Part shown: positions 1 to 10,279 of the stretch, piece after piece | Layout: each line of letters opens with the position of its first letter | Numbering within the stretch: the stretch's first letter is position 1 | Source: a virus | Taxonomy: Duplodnaviria; Caudoviricetes | Reading direction: 5' to 3' (one strand) | DNA: 64,000 bases | IMG/VR virus record: IMGVR_UViG_3300028667_000050 | Coordinates: 1-64,000 of that record | Notes under the pieces: model-generated | What the model was told of the DNA's origin: nothing | Database searches by the model: none | Seen by the model: only the letters and a program-made list of their open reading frames with translations | Made by a program: the position numbers and the translations under genes

Positions 1-417
1 TTAGTATTCCTCTCTTTCTATTAGGCTGTAAAGGTATTCAGCCTGCTTTATTGGATCATCAAATGTTTTAAAGCCTCTGGACAGATGAAATTTAGTAGGA
101 ATTATTATCGCCTTGCATTTATGCTGGTGATTTAATCTGCCTAATTTGGTAGCTCTGCGCAATAACTCGGCTTGGACTCCCTCGTAAATTTCCAGGCCTA
201 TGAGCGGTGGATAAAATTCATCTCCTAGGTAATGTTTATTGGTAAGTAGGTTCTTTATCGTGGGATGAAGCATACGAAGGTCTGCGGATTTAGCAGAATT
301 ACTCAGGCTTTTGCCGGATAAATAAGCTTTGTATAAAAATCTAAGTTTATCTGCTTCAGACTGATCAACCACAGCCTTGCCATTTTCAATCTTGTAACCA
401 AAGGGTATATGCGCCAT
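1..417 (-). CDS. Small recombinase-domain protein (middle gene of a triple serine-recombinase cassette)
   Basis: IPFGYKIENG...LLTNKHYLGDEFYPPLI recombinase-domain motif; homologous to 54160-54575. Confidence 0.8.
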   Translation of the reverse strand: MAHIPFGYKIENGKAVVDQSEADKLRFLYKAYLSGKSLSNSAKSADLRMLHPTIKNLLTNKHYLGDEFYPPLIGLEIYEGVQAELLRRATKLGRLNHQHKCKAIIIPTKFHLSRGFKTFDDPIKQAEYLYSLIEREEY

Positions 418-421
418 TGTT

Positions 422-1980
422 TCACATCCTTTCTGTGAGGCTGAGCCCGCATTTTAATACAAAAGTTACTTTCTGGCGGTTTTAATAATAATCTTCTCAA
501 CAAAATCTGTGAAAACAGCATCATCGAATTGCATAAGCATAGACGCCGTTTCGGTATAGCGCAGTAGTTTGGTTAGCTCAGTAATCTTGCAATTATCACC
601 GGTTAGGCTGCTGCCTAAAGCCGTAATTTCATTTTTAGCATTATCTGCTTGCCGTAATAATTCGTTGGCTTGACCGGTATAGATGATTTTATCAATATAG
701 CCCTGAGCCATGAGCGTAGACAAGGTTTCTCGTTGCTCGGTATTTCGTAGCAATTCTGTTTGTAATTCTTTAATTTTAAGTAGGGCAGCATCCTTGCTGG
801 TTGCCTTCAAAGTAATTAATAAAGGTTTCAGGATAACTGCATGGGCAAAAATAAGCTTGTTTATCAGAGTAGTAAAGGCGCCTTTTATGGCAGCATCTTC
901 CAGGTAGAGCAGAGAGCATTTTTCTTTGTTTGCTAGGTGAGTAGAACAACACCAAGCAACGTACTTATAATTTCCAGCAGTATGGATACGTCTTTTTAAG
1001 GTTGCACCACACTGGCCGCATATAAGCTTTCCTGAAAGCGTATAGCGGTTGGTGTATTTCTTAGCGCTTTGGCTGATGTTCTTTTCCAAAGCATGCTGCC
1101 TGATTATTTTTGTTACGGCCTCAAAGGTGGAACGGCTGATAATTGCTTCATGATCATCTTTGACTAAATATTGGTCTCTTTGCCCGGTGTTCTTGTGTTT
1201 GTTGAATTGAGAATCTGTATAGGTCTTTTGAAGCAATACATCTCCAACATATTTTTCATTGGCAGCTATGCCGAGAATTGTTCCGGAATGCCATTTAACC
1301 TTACGAAATGTTGGTATTCGTTCAGCATTTAAGTTTTTGGAAATGGTATAGGCACCTTTGCCGGCTAGTAATTCTGTAAAGATACGCTTAACTACTAGGG
1401 CTTCCTTTGGTTCTACGACTAGGGCTTTTCCATCCCATCTGTAACCATAAGGTGGGGAGGTAAGCTTAAAAGAACCTGCCTTAAATCGTGTCTTAATGCC
1501 CCAGCTTATGTTGGCAGCTATTGATGCCGATTCGTCCTCTGCCATGCTGCTTAAAATGGACAGGAATAATTCACTTTCCATTGAACCGGTATTAATGTTT
1601 TCTTTCTCAAAATATACCGGAACATTTATATCCAGCAGGGTTCTTACAAGTTCTAAGCAATCTGTGGTATTGCGGGAAAAGCGGCTGATGGACTTCGTAA
1701 TTATGAAGTCAACTTTCTTGGCCTTACAATCTGCAATTAATTGAAGTAGCTGAGGTCGTATTTCTGCCTTTGTACCTGAAATCCCCTCATCAAAATACAA
1801 ACCGGCGTATTCCCACTCAGCCCGCTTAGAAATATAATTTTCATAATGTTCTTTTTGCGTTTCTAAGCTTTCAAGCTGCGCATCAGAGGCTGTGGAGACT
1901 CTGCAATAGGCAGCAACCTTTAGCTTTGCTTTTGGATTTTCTAGCTGGTTAACAGTTTCAATTTTGGTTATTTTACTCAT
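422..1980 (-). CDS. Large serine recombinase (1-nt frameshift near the 3' end)
   Basis: VAAYCRVST catalytic Ser motif, [11 protein letters not shown], recombinase domain, CGQCG zinc ribbon; adding one base near 470 gives the expected ...LKCGLSLTERM* end. Confidence 0.92.
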
Positions 1981-2021
1981 AACTATCTCCTTGTCAGTGT
2001 CACATATTAGCTCTGAAAAGC

Positions 2022-2231
2022 TTATATAGCAACGGTTTTAGGCAATATTTCTACTAAAAAAGGTGGAAAACTATTGCGGTTGAGTTCCGTCAAGCAATTA
2101 AACTCTTCCTTAGTAATAAGGCCATTTTTTAAGGCTGTTTTGGCAATCACCTGTGCTAAAAAATAATTACAATTTTGCACTATTTGCTCCTGAGACATAT
2201 TGTGAGTGTTTTCTGCTATGACAGTATTCAT
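2022..2231 (-). CDS. Small SHOCT-like protein heading the recombinase operon
   Basis: GGAGG RBS; GLITKEEF motif; homologous to 56185-56430. Confidence 0.65.
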   Translation of the reverse strand: MNTVIAENTHNMSQEQIVQNCNYFLAQVIAKTALKNGLITKEEFNCLTELNRNSFPPFLVEILPKTVAI

Positions 2232-2262
2232 ATTACATATCCTCCGTTCTGAAGGAATATCC

Positions 2263-2434
2263 TTCACTTCCTTCTGGAGATTAGGAGGAGGTTTTGACGA
2301 AAAAATATTAACTTTTTGAAATTAATACTTTTCTTCCTTATAAATAGAAAATCTGCTTGGAAAATTATCCAGGCAGATTTTTTATTTTTTTAAAATTTTT
2401 CGTCAAAATGGGTAACCAACCTCCAGTGGGTAGT
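2263..2434. promoter_or_regulatory. Back-to-back copies of the bipartite motif CGTCAAAA-N11-nCTCC-A..GG.TAGT with a hairpin between them
   Basis: Minus copy (ttttgacg 2292-2299) and plus copy (cgtcaaaa 2401-2408); hairpin aaaatctgcttgg...ccaggcagattttt between; same layout at 56456-56629. Confidence 0.75.
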
Positions 2435-2479
2435 AGAAGGAGATAAACAAAACCAACTCCTTCCGGGAGGTGAAATAAA

Positions 2480-2677
2480 ATGAGTGCAAATATCACAAAG
2501 GTTAATCGCCAGGATGCAGAGCTAATTGAAGTTCTTACTGCAATTAGTAAGGTTTCTGCAAAACTGGCAAAGCAGTTAGCAATGCTAGCTGTACACAACA
2601 AGGAAAAGGAGGCTTATCAGGATGAAAGAAATGAAAGATGTTGTCAAAGAATTACGATCTACTGCTGTCGTTATTAA
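2480..2677 (+). CDS. Small hypothetical phage protein
   Basis: GGAGGTG RBS; homologous to 56673-56849 (EVLxAISxVSAxLA). Confidence 0.6.
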   Translation: MSANITKVNRQDAELIEVLTAISKVSAKLAKQLAMLAVHNKEKEAYQDERNERCCQRITIYCCRY

Positions 2678-2924
2678 TTCTGTAGCAGAGTACTTGGAAA
2701 AGCAGCAGGCTGCAGAGACGGTAAAGGATGAGCCTGTCCCGGTAAAAGCTCCTATTACTTTGGAACAGGTAAGGGCAGTATTAGCTGAAAAAGCTCGCGC
2801 TGGTCATACTGCTGAAGTAAAAGCCTTGTTAGTAAAATATGGTGCCAATAAACTGTCAGAAGTTACTGCTGATAAGTACAAGGCTTTACTTCAGGATGCG
2901 GAGGAAATTAAAGATGCCAGCTAA
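2622..2924 (+). CDS. Conserved phage protein (family often mis-annotated as rrp5-like)
   Basis: ITLEQVRAVLAEKARAG...VKALLVKYGANKLSEV; homologous to 56794-57078. Confidence 0.75.
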   Translation: MKEMKDVVKELRSTAVVINSVAEYLEKQQAAETVKDEPVPVKAPITLEQVRAVLAEKARAGHTAEVKALLVKYGANKLSEVTADKYKALLQDAEEIKDAS

Positions 2925-4041
2925 TGGACATGCCTTTTTATCTGCTTCTTCAGCAGCTAGGTGGTTGCATTGCCCACCATCTGCTAGGCTGGGGGAGAAC
3001 TACAAGGAGCAAAACAGTGAATATGCACAAGAGGGTACGGAGGCTCATGCCCTTTGTGAATATAAGCTGAAAAAGGCTCTCGGCATTAAGACCAAGAACC
3101 CAACCAAGCATCTGGCAAGATATTCTGAAGAAATGGAAGAATGTGCCAATGATTATGTCGCTTATCTTATGGGCGAACTTGAACTGGCAAAGCAGTTTTG
3201 TAAGGATCCAGCCGTCTTTATTGAACAAAGAGTAGATTTTTCTCGTTGGGTAAAAGATGGCTTTGGCACAGCGGATGCTCTTATCGTGGCGGATAAGGTC
3301 CTTAAAGTATGCGACTATAAGCATGGCTTAGGTCACGTTATTTCTGCAAAAGAAAATCCTCAAATGATGTGTTACGCCTTAGCTGCCGTGGACCTGTTTG
3401 ATGGTATTTACGATATTGAAAAAGTCAGCATGACCATCTTTCAGCCACGTAGAAGTAATGTAAGTACCTTTGAAATAGCTAAGGGAGAGCTCTATCGTTG
3501 GGCCAAGGAAGTACTACAGCCGGCAGCAGAATTAGCTTTTACAGGAGAGGGACAGTTCTTATGCGGAGAATGGTGTTCTTTCTGTAATGCTAAGCACGAA
3601 TGCCGGGCAAGGGCTGAGGCTAATCTATTGCTAGCAAAGTTTGACTTTAAACTGCCACCTTTGCTGGAAGATGCTGAAATAGAGGTAATCCTATCCAAGA
3701 TAGATTCCCTGATAACCTGGGCTAATGACATCAAGGAATATGCTCTTAGGCAGGCTGTCAGCGGGAAGCTATGGAAGGGCTGGAAACTGGTTGAAGGACG
3801 GTCTAATCGTAAGTACGTAAATGAAGAAACCGTTGTTAAGACAGTAACAGAGGCCGGCTTCGATCCTTATGAGAAAAAGCTTCTAAGCGTGTCAGCTATG
3901 CAAAAACTCTTAGGGAAAACCAAATTCGAAGAGCTATTATCAACTCTTATAGAGAAGCCGCAGGGTAAACCAACGCTAGTTCCGGACAGCGATAAAAGGC
4001 CGGAAATGAACAACGCGAAACAAGATTTTAGTGAAAATTAA
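2914..4041 (+). CDS. DUF2800 PD-(D/E)XK (Cas4-like) exonuclease
   Basis: HAFLSASSAARWLHCPPS, GFGTADALI, DYKHG, C-terminal CxFC..C cysteines. Confidence 0.88.
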   Translation: MPANGHAFLSASSAARWLHCPPSARLGENYKEQNSEYAQEGTEAHALCEYKLKKALGIKTKNPTKHLARYSEEMEECANDYVAYLMGELELAKQFCKDPAVFIEQRVDFSRWVKDGFGTADALIVADKVLKVCDYKHGLGHVISAKENPQMMCYALAAVDLFDGIYDIEKVSMTIFQPRRSNVSTFEIAKGELYRWAKEVLQPAAELAFTGEGQFLCGEWCSFCNAKHECRARAEANLLLAKFDFKLPPLLEDAEIEVILSKIDSLITWANDIKEYALRQAVSGKLWKGWKLVEGRSNRKYVNEETVVKTVTEAGFDPYEKKLLSVSAMQKLLGKTKFEELLSTLIEKPQGKPTLVPDSDKRPEMNNAKQDFSEN

Positions 4042-4055
4042 AGGAGAGATATATT

Positions 4056-4625
4056 ATGACTAATAAAATTAATGCAAATCCAATGAAGGTAATTACCGGT
4101 AAAGATACCAGATGGAGCTACGCTAATGTTTGGGAACCGAAGAGCATCAATGGTGGAACACCTAAGTATAGTGTTAGCTTAATTATTCCCAAAGCTGATA
4201 CACGTACAGTGGAGAAGATTAAGGCTGCTATTGAAGCTGCATATAAGGAAGGGGAAAGCAAACTTAAAGGCAATGGCAGAAGCGTACCACCTTTGAGTAC
4301 CATTAAAACACCGTTAAGAGATGGGGACATAGAACGTCCTGATGATAAGAACTATGCAAATTCTTATTTCATTAATGCCAATGCTACGACTGCTCCTGGT
4401 ATTGTAGATGCCAATTGTAATCCCATTATTACACGTTCTGAGGTTTATTCCGGTGTATATGGTAGGGCAAGCATTTCCTTCTATAGCTTCAATAGTTCAG
4501 GCAATAAAGGGATCGCCTGTGGACTGAATAATCTGCAAAAACTTCGGGATGGCGAACCTCTGGGCGGTAAGGCTAGCGCTGAGATGGACTTTTCCACTGA
4601 AGCAGACGATGACTTTTTGAAATAG
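4056..4625 (+). CDS. DUF2815 single-stranded DNA-binding protein (T7 gp2.5-like)
   Basis: WSYANVWEPKS, YSGVYGRASI, GIACGLNNLQK, acidic tail ending DDDFL. Confidence 0.9.
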   Translation: MTNKINANPMKVITGKDTRWSYANVWEPKSINGGTPKYSVSLIIPKADTRTVEKIKAAIEAAYKEGESKLKGNGRSVPPLSTIKTPLRDGDIERPDDKNYANSYFINANATTAPGIVDANCNPIITRSEVYSGVYGRASISFYSFNSSGNKGIACGLNNLQKLRDGEPLGGKASAEMDFSTEADDDFLK

Positions 4626-4637
4626 GAGGAAAATACT

Positions 4638-4814
4638 ATGTATAACTATGAATTTGCCAAAGAAATAATTGTTATGGTTACGTTTTATATTTACATTGGT
4701 CTTTCTGCTATGGGTTTCTTCTTCATTGCCTATAACGTTATAGATTTGTTAATCTTTTGCTTTAAGGAAATCAAAAAAAGATTAACAAAGAAAGACCAAG
4801 ACCAGGAATATTAA
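4638..4814 (+). CDS. Small membrane protein (58 aa)
   Basis: AGGAGG RBS; MYNYEFAKEIIVMVTFYIYIGLSAMGFFFIAY...; same slot as 58792-58926. Confidence 0.55.
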   Translation: MYNYEFAKEIIVMVTFYIYIGLSAMGFFFIAYNVIDLLIFCFKEIKKRLTKKDQDQEY

Positions 4815-4874
4815 AAGGTACTGATAGCGGTAGGGGTAGCACCTTGCCGCTATTCTTTTAAGAAAGGGATAGTT

Positions 4875-6803
4875 ATGAAAACAATAAGTATAGATATAGA
4901 AACCTATTCTAGTACTAACCTACAAAAGTCTGGGGCATATAAATATGCCGAGTCTGCTGATTTTGAAATATTGCTGTTTAGTTACAGCGTGGATAAAGGG
5001 CCAGTGCAAGTCGTAGATTTAGCTATGGGAGATAAAATACCTGAAGCAATATTAACTGCCCTGAAAAATGAAAAAGTCGCTAAATGGGCTTTTAATGCTT
5101 CCTTTGAACGTGTCTGCTTGTCTCGTTATTTAAGGGAACCGCTTAATCCAGATGGTTGGTACTGTACCATGATTTGGGCAGCTACCTTAGGACTGCCGTT
5201 ATCCTTACAAGGTGTAGGCGCAATACTTGGCATGGAGAAACAAAAGCTGACGGAAGGCAAAAGTCTGCTTAAGTATTTTTGCGTACCTTGTGCTCCGACT
5301 AAAGTCAATGGTGGGCGTACCAGAAATTTGCCCAAGCATGATTTAGCTAAATGGGAGCAGTTTAAAGCCTATAACATCAGAGACGTAGAGACAGAACTTG
5401 GCATTCAACAGAAATTGTTAAAGTTCCCTGTACCGAAAAAAATCTGGAACGAATACCATCTTGATCAGGAAATAAATGACCGTGGCATTGGGGTTGATTG
5501 CTCCTTGGTGAAGCAGGCGATAGCTATTGATGAAAAGGTAAAAGCTAGTCTTAGAGATAAGATGCAGAAGCTTACTAATTTAGCTAATCCTAATTCAGTA
5601 CAACAAATGATTGGCTGGTTAGCCGCTAATGGATTGAAAACAGATACACTTGGTAAAAAAGCTGTAGCAGAAATGCTAAAGACTGCTCCTAAAGAATTAG
5701 GAGAGGCTTTACAACTTAGACAGCAATTGGCCAAGTCCTCTGTTAGAAAGTATACGGCTATGGACAAGGCTGCCTGCAAGGATAGTAGGGCCAGGGGGAT
5801 GTTTCAATTTTATGGGGCGAATAGGACAGGACGATTTTCTGGTAGGTTAATACAATTACAAAATTTGCCACAAAATCATATGGCTGACTTGTCTCAAGCA
5901 AGGGAACTAGTATTAAGTGGCAACTATGCTGCCTTGGAGCTGCTTTATGAAGATATCCCGGATACCTTGTCTCAGCTTATAAGGACAGCTTTTGTACCTC
6001 AAAACGGCAGGAAGTTTATAGTTTCAGATTTTAGTGCAATTGAGGCCAGGGTACTAGCCTGGCTTGCAGGGGAAACATGGAGAATGCAGGTGTTTGCTGA
6101 GGGCGGGGACATATATTGTGCTTCAGCAACAAAAATGTTTAAGGTACCGGTCGAGAAACATGGTATTAATGGTCACTTACGGCAAAAAGGTAAAATAGCT
6201 GAATTAGCTTTGGGTTATGGTGGCTCAGTAGGAGCTCTTAAGGCCATGGGCGCATTAGAGATGGGTGTAAAGGAAAAAGAATTAAAACCACTGGTTAATG
6301 CTTGGCGTATGTCTAATGAAAAGATTACAGCCTTATGGTGGGCTGTAGATGATGCTATCAAAGAATGTATAAAAGGGCGATATGAAACCGAAACGCAAGG
6401 TATTAGCTTCAGCTACGAGAGCGGTTTCCTATTTATTACACTTCCATCCGGAAGACATCTTGCTTATGTAAAACCACGGTTGGGCATAAACCAATTTGGT
6501 GGTGAATCAGTAACTTATGAAGGCATAGGTCCCACTAAGAAATGGGAAAGGCTGGAAAGCTACGGACCAAAGTTTTGTGAAAACATTACCCAGGCCATTG
6601 CCAGGGATCTTTTAGTCTACGCCATGCAAACTTTACGGAACTGTGCCATTGTAGGGCACGTTCATGATGAACTAATTATTGAAGCTGACCAAAGAATGTC
6701 ACTTAAGGCTGTTTGTGAGCAAATGGGTAGAACTCCACCTTGGGCCAAGGGTTTACTGCTTAGAGCAGATGGCTACGAATGTGACTTTTATAAAAAGGAT
6801 TAA
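4875..6803 (+). CDS. Phage family-A DNA polymerase
   Basis: SIDIETYS exonuclease motif, SDFSAIEARVLAW motif A, KIAELALGYGG motif B, HVHDE motif C. Confidence 0.95.
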   Translation: MKTISIDIETYSSTNLQKSGAYKYAESADFEILLFSYSVDKGPVQVVDLAMGDKIPEAILTALKNEKVAKWAFNASFERVCLSRYLREPLNPDGWYCTMIWAATLGLPLSLQGVGAILGMEKQKLTEGKSLLKYFCVPCAPTKVNGGRTRNLPKHDLAKWEQFKAYNIRDVETELGIQQKLLKFPVPKKIWNEYHLDQEINDRGIGVDCSLVKQAIAIDEKVKASLRDKMQKLTNLANPNSVQQMIGWLAANGLKTDTLGKKAVAEMLKTAPKELGEALQLRQQLAKSSVRKYTAMDKAACKDSRARGMFQFYGANRTGRFSGRLIQLQNLPQNHMADLSQARELVLSGNYAALELLYEDIPDTLSQLIRTAFVPQNGRKFIVSDFSAIEARVLAWLAGETWRMQVFAEGGDIYCASATKMFKVPVEKHGINGHLRQKGKIAELALGYGGSVGALKAMGALEMGVKEKELKPLVNAWRMSNEKITALWWAVDDAIKECIKGRYETETQGISFSYESGFLFITLPSGRHLAYVKPRLGINQFGGESVTYEGIGPTKKWERLESYGPKFCENITQAIARDLLVYAMQTLRNCAIVGHVHDELIIEADQRMSLKAVCEQMGRTPPWAKGLLLRADGYECDFYKKD

Positions 6804-6818
6804 AAAATAAAAAAGTTT

Positions 6819-6852
6819 CGTCAAAATGGCATCTAAACCTCCAGTGGGTAGT
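6819..6852 (+). promoter_or_regulatory. Copy of the CGTCAAAA-N11-CCTCC-AGTGGGTAGT motif
   Basis: Direct match to 2401-2434; lies upstream of the antirepressor. Confidence 0.75.
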
Positions 6853-6899
6853 AGGAGAGGATAAAACCTCTTACTAATACCCATATGGAGGACTTTTTT

Positions 6900-7649
6900 A
6901 TGAATGGATTAATCAGCATCAACTACGACAGTGAAAGACCTACTGTAAGTGGTCGAGAGTTACACCGGGCTTTGAGGGTGGAAACCAGGTACAATGATTG
7001 GTTTTCCAGAATGTGCGATTTTGGTTTTGAAGAAGATAAGGACTTTTACTCAAATTTGAGTAAAAGCAGCGGTGGCCGGCCTTCTGAGGATCATGAGCTT
7101 ACTATTCCAATGGCCAAAGAAATATGTATGCTGCAACGTACTGAAATTGGTCGCGAATTTCGTAAGTATTTTATTAGTATCGAGGAACAGTGGAATTCTC
7201 CGGAAGCTGTTATGTCTAGGGCTTTGAAATATGCTAATGACCAGCTTACTGCTATTAGTAAACAAAATTCAGAACTGCTTTCCACTGTGGCAGTACAAAA
7301 CCAACAAATAGCTGAAATGCAACCCAAAGCAAGCTACTACGACATTGTTTTGCAATGTAAAAAACGCGCTCCCAATATCTGTTATTGCTAAAGATTACGG
7401 ACTAAGCGGTAGGCACTTGAACCAACTCCTGCATGAATTAGGCGTGGAGTATAAACAAGGCGATATCTGGCTTTTATACATTGGATATGCGAATAAAGGC
7501 TATACCTGCACAAAAACTCATTCTTACGAGGGTAATGATGGAAATCTGTATAGCAGGGTACATACCTATTGGACACAAAAGGGCCGCTTGTTTATTTATG
7601 ACCTATTAAAAAGGCCGGAGTCTTGCCACTGATGGAAAGGGAGGCCTAA
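6900..7649 (+). CDS. Phage antirepressor (AntA N-terminus plus KilAC/ANT C-terminus), frameshifted near 7365 and 7615
   Basis: VSGRELHRAL...DHELTIPMAKEICMLQRT; PKASYYD...ISVIAKDYG...TYWTQKGRLFIY. Confidence 0.85.
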
Positions 7650-7652
7650 GTC

Positions 7653-7997
7653 ATGAAAAGAAAGGCCAGAGAAGTTGTTTATGTTTGTTCTCCTTATGCT
7701 GGCGTTATAGATAAAAACGTTTCTAATGCCAGGAAGTATAGCCGTTTCGTGCTAACGAAAAGAAAAATTCCCCTGACACCTCATTTGCTCTATCCACAGT
7801 TCATGGATGATACCAATCCGAATGAACGTAAAGTGGCCTTCAGCATCAATAAGGTACTTTTAGGTAAATGCGAAGAGCTCTGGGTGTTTGGCCGGAATAT
7901 CACTGCCGGCATGAGGCTGGAAATAAACCTTGCCAGAGGAAGAGGCCTTTTGCTCAGATGGTTTGATGAAAACTTGCAGGAGGTACAGGCACAATGA
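7653..7997 (+). CDS. DUF4406-like (nucleoside deoxyribosyltransferase-fold) protein
   Basis: VYVCSPYAG...PHLLYPQFMDD...CEELWVFG...GMRLEI; homologous to 61728-62147. Confidence 0.75.
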   Translation: MKRKAREVVYVCSPYAGVIDKNVSNARKYSRFVLTKRKIPLTPHLLYPQFMDDTNPNERKVAFSINKVLLGKCEELWVFGRNITAGMRLEINLARGRGLLLRWFDENLQEVQAQ

Positions 7998-10237
7998 AAT
8001 TTACCTTGTATGCATCTAATTGCATTGGTATCGCTAAAAACTGCTACTACCAAAAGAAAATAGAAGTGGTGGATGAAGCCTCGCTAGTCCGGGCCGTTAG
8101 CTATGACCATGTAACTGCCTTATATAAGGACGGTTATAGGGCCAAGAGCAATTTTGTGAAAGCAGACAACATTCCTATGGATTGTGATAACGACCATTCA
8201 GAAAAACCGGCTGAATGGATTACCTCTGAGGATGTTAAGAAAGCTTTTGACGGGATTCCCTTTGCCATTGTTTACTCCAGAAATCATTTAAAAGCTAAGG
8301 GGGATAAGAGTCCGCGCCCAAGGTTCCATGTTTATTTTCCTGTACCGGTTATTTCTGACGTAGATGAATATACGGACATGAAACAAAAGATAGCAAGGGT
8401 ATTTCCTTACTTTGATAATAATGCCTTAGACTCTGCCAGATTTCTTTATGGCACGGAAGAACCAAAGGTAGAGCTTCATGAAGGAGATACCTTTGTTACT
8501 GATTATATTGAGGCGTTATCTTTTGCTAGCTTCGATAAAGGGCTTAAGGAAATACCGGAAGGCAGTCGTAATAGCACCATGAGCCACATTGCAGGCAAGC
8601 TTATTAAGCGCTATGGGAATAACGATGCTGCCTATGAGTTGTTTTTAAAAGAAAGCGAAAAATGTAATCCTCCCTTAGAAGAAACTGAGCTTAAGACTAT
8701 CTGGAACAGCGCAATTAACTTTGGGGAAAAGGTTTCTAGCCAAAAGGATTATGTGCCGCCAGAAATATACAACTCTTCTTTTAAATTTAAACCTACTGAC
8801 TATTCTGATGTAGGGCAGGCCTTGGTGCTTAGTAAGGCCTATGAAGATTTGCTGCGCTATTCTCCCCAGACGGATTACATCGTGTACAACGATAGCTTTT
8901 GGGAAGAATCAAGGCCAAAGAGTCAAGGAATAGCGCAGCTATTAACGGAAATGCAAATGGAAGAGGCGCAAAAAGAAATTAAAAAGGCGATGCAGGAAAT
9001 GTCTAAAAATGGTGCTTTAGCACTTTTGGCTACAATGGGCCCGAAAAAGGCTGTCGGTATGTTTACCAAAGAACAGGCAAGGACGTATGAGAGATACGAA
9101 GCCGCCAACACTTATCTGGCTTATACCATCAAACGCAGAGAGTCTAAAAATATCACAGCTTGCCTGCGTGAAGCTAGACCGATGCTTGAAATTGAGCAAA
9201 AGAATCTGGATGAAAATGAATTTCTGCTTAATGCACCCTTAGCTACTTATGACTTAAGGACTGGCAAGGCCAAGGAGCATTCCTTTGAAGATTTTATTAC
9301 CAAGCAGACAGCGGTAGAACCGGACAATGTTGGAGATCAGCTATGGCATGATGCCTTACAGACTTTTTTCTGTAGGGATGCAGAGCTCATTTCCTATGTA
9401 CAGATGATTGTAGGCCTTTCTGCTATTGGCAAGGTCTATGTGGAGGCGCTCATTATTGCCTATGGTGAAGGACGGAACGGGAAATCTACCTTTTGGAATG
9501 TTGTGGCCAGAGTGCTGGGTAGCTATAGCGGAAATATTTCTGCTGACATGTTAACGGTAGGCTGCAAACGTAATGTGAAGCCAGAACTGGCAGAAGCCAA
9601 AGGTAAACGGCTTTTAATTGCAGCGGAGCTAGAAGAGGGAATGCGCCTTAATACATCAAACGTAAAACAGCTATGTTCCACGGATGAGATTTACGCTGAA
9701 AAGAAATACAAGGACCCGTTTAGTTATATTCCGACACATACATTGGTGCTTTATACCAATCACCTGCCAAGAGTAGGTGCGTTGGATGCTGGAACTTGGC
9801 GCAGGCTGATTGTTATTCCCTTTGACGCCAAGATTGAAGGAAGTGCAGATATTAAGAATTATGCAGATTACCTTTTTGAGAAGGCCGGTGGGGCAATACT
9901 CACTTGGATTATTGAGGGAGCTAAAAAGGTAATTGCAGCAGGTTACAAGGTAAGTGAGCCAACCAAGGTAAAGGCTGCTATTAGTGCCTATAAGGAAAAC
10001 AATGATTGGTTTGGCCACTTTTTGGATGATTGCTGCGAGCTGGACCTTTCGTTTCAGGAAAAGTCTGGTGAAGTTTATACCAGCTATAGAAACTACTGTT
10101 CCCAAAACGGTGAATTTACTAGAGGCGCATCGGATTTCTATGCCGCAGTTGATGCTAGTGGCCTGGAACGAAGAAAGATGAAAAAAGGTGTAATGATTCG
10201 AGGACTACGACTTAAGTCTGAATTCCTTGATGACTAA
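7994..10237 (+). CDS. P4-family primase/SF3 helicase
   Basis: DCDNDH primase motif, PriCT (EGSRNSTM...CNPPL), Walker A GEGRNGKST, D5-type helicase. Confidence 0.93.
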   Translation: MKFTLYASNCIGIAKNCYYQKKIEVVDEASLVRAVSYDHVTALYKDGYRAKSNFVKADNIPMDCDNDHSEKPAEWITSEDVKKAFDGIPFAIVYSRNHLKAKGDKSPRPRFHVYFPVPVISDVDEYTDMKQKIARVFPYFDNNALDSARFLYGTEEPKVELHEGDTFVTDYIEALSFASFDKGLKEIPEGSRNSTMSHIAGKLIKRYGNNDAAYELFLKESEKCNPPLEETELKTIWNSAINFGEKVSSQKDYVPPEIYNSSFKFKPTDYSDVGQALVLSKAYEDLLRYSPQTDYIVYNDSFWEESRPKSQGIAQLLTEMQMEEAQKEIKKAMQEMSKNGALALLATMGPKKAVGMFTKEQARTYERYEAANTYLAYTIKRRESKNITACLREARPMLEIEQKNLDENEFLLNAPLATYDLRTGKAKEHSFEDFITKQTAVEPDNVGDQLWHDALQTFFCRDAELISYVQMIVGLSAIGKVYVEALIIAYGEGRNGKSTFWNVVARVLGSYSGNISADMLTVGCKRNVKPELAEAKGKRLLIAAELEEGMRLNTSNVKQLCSTDEIYAEKKYKDPFSYIPTHTLVLYTNHLPRVGALDAGTWRRLIVIPFDAKIEGSADIKNYADYLFEKAGGAILTWIIEGAKKVIAAGYKVSEPTKVKAAISAYKENNDWFGHFLDDCCELDLSFQEKSGEVYTSYRNYCSQNGEFTRGASDFYAAVDASGLERRKMKKGVMIRGLRLKSEFLDD

Positions 10238-10279
10238 AAAGGGCTGAAAGCAAGTCAGGAAGCTAAGTTTAAGGCACAG

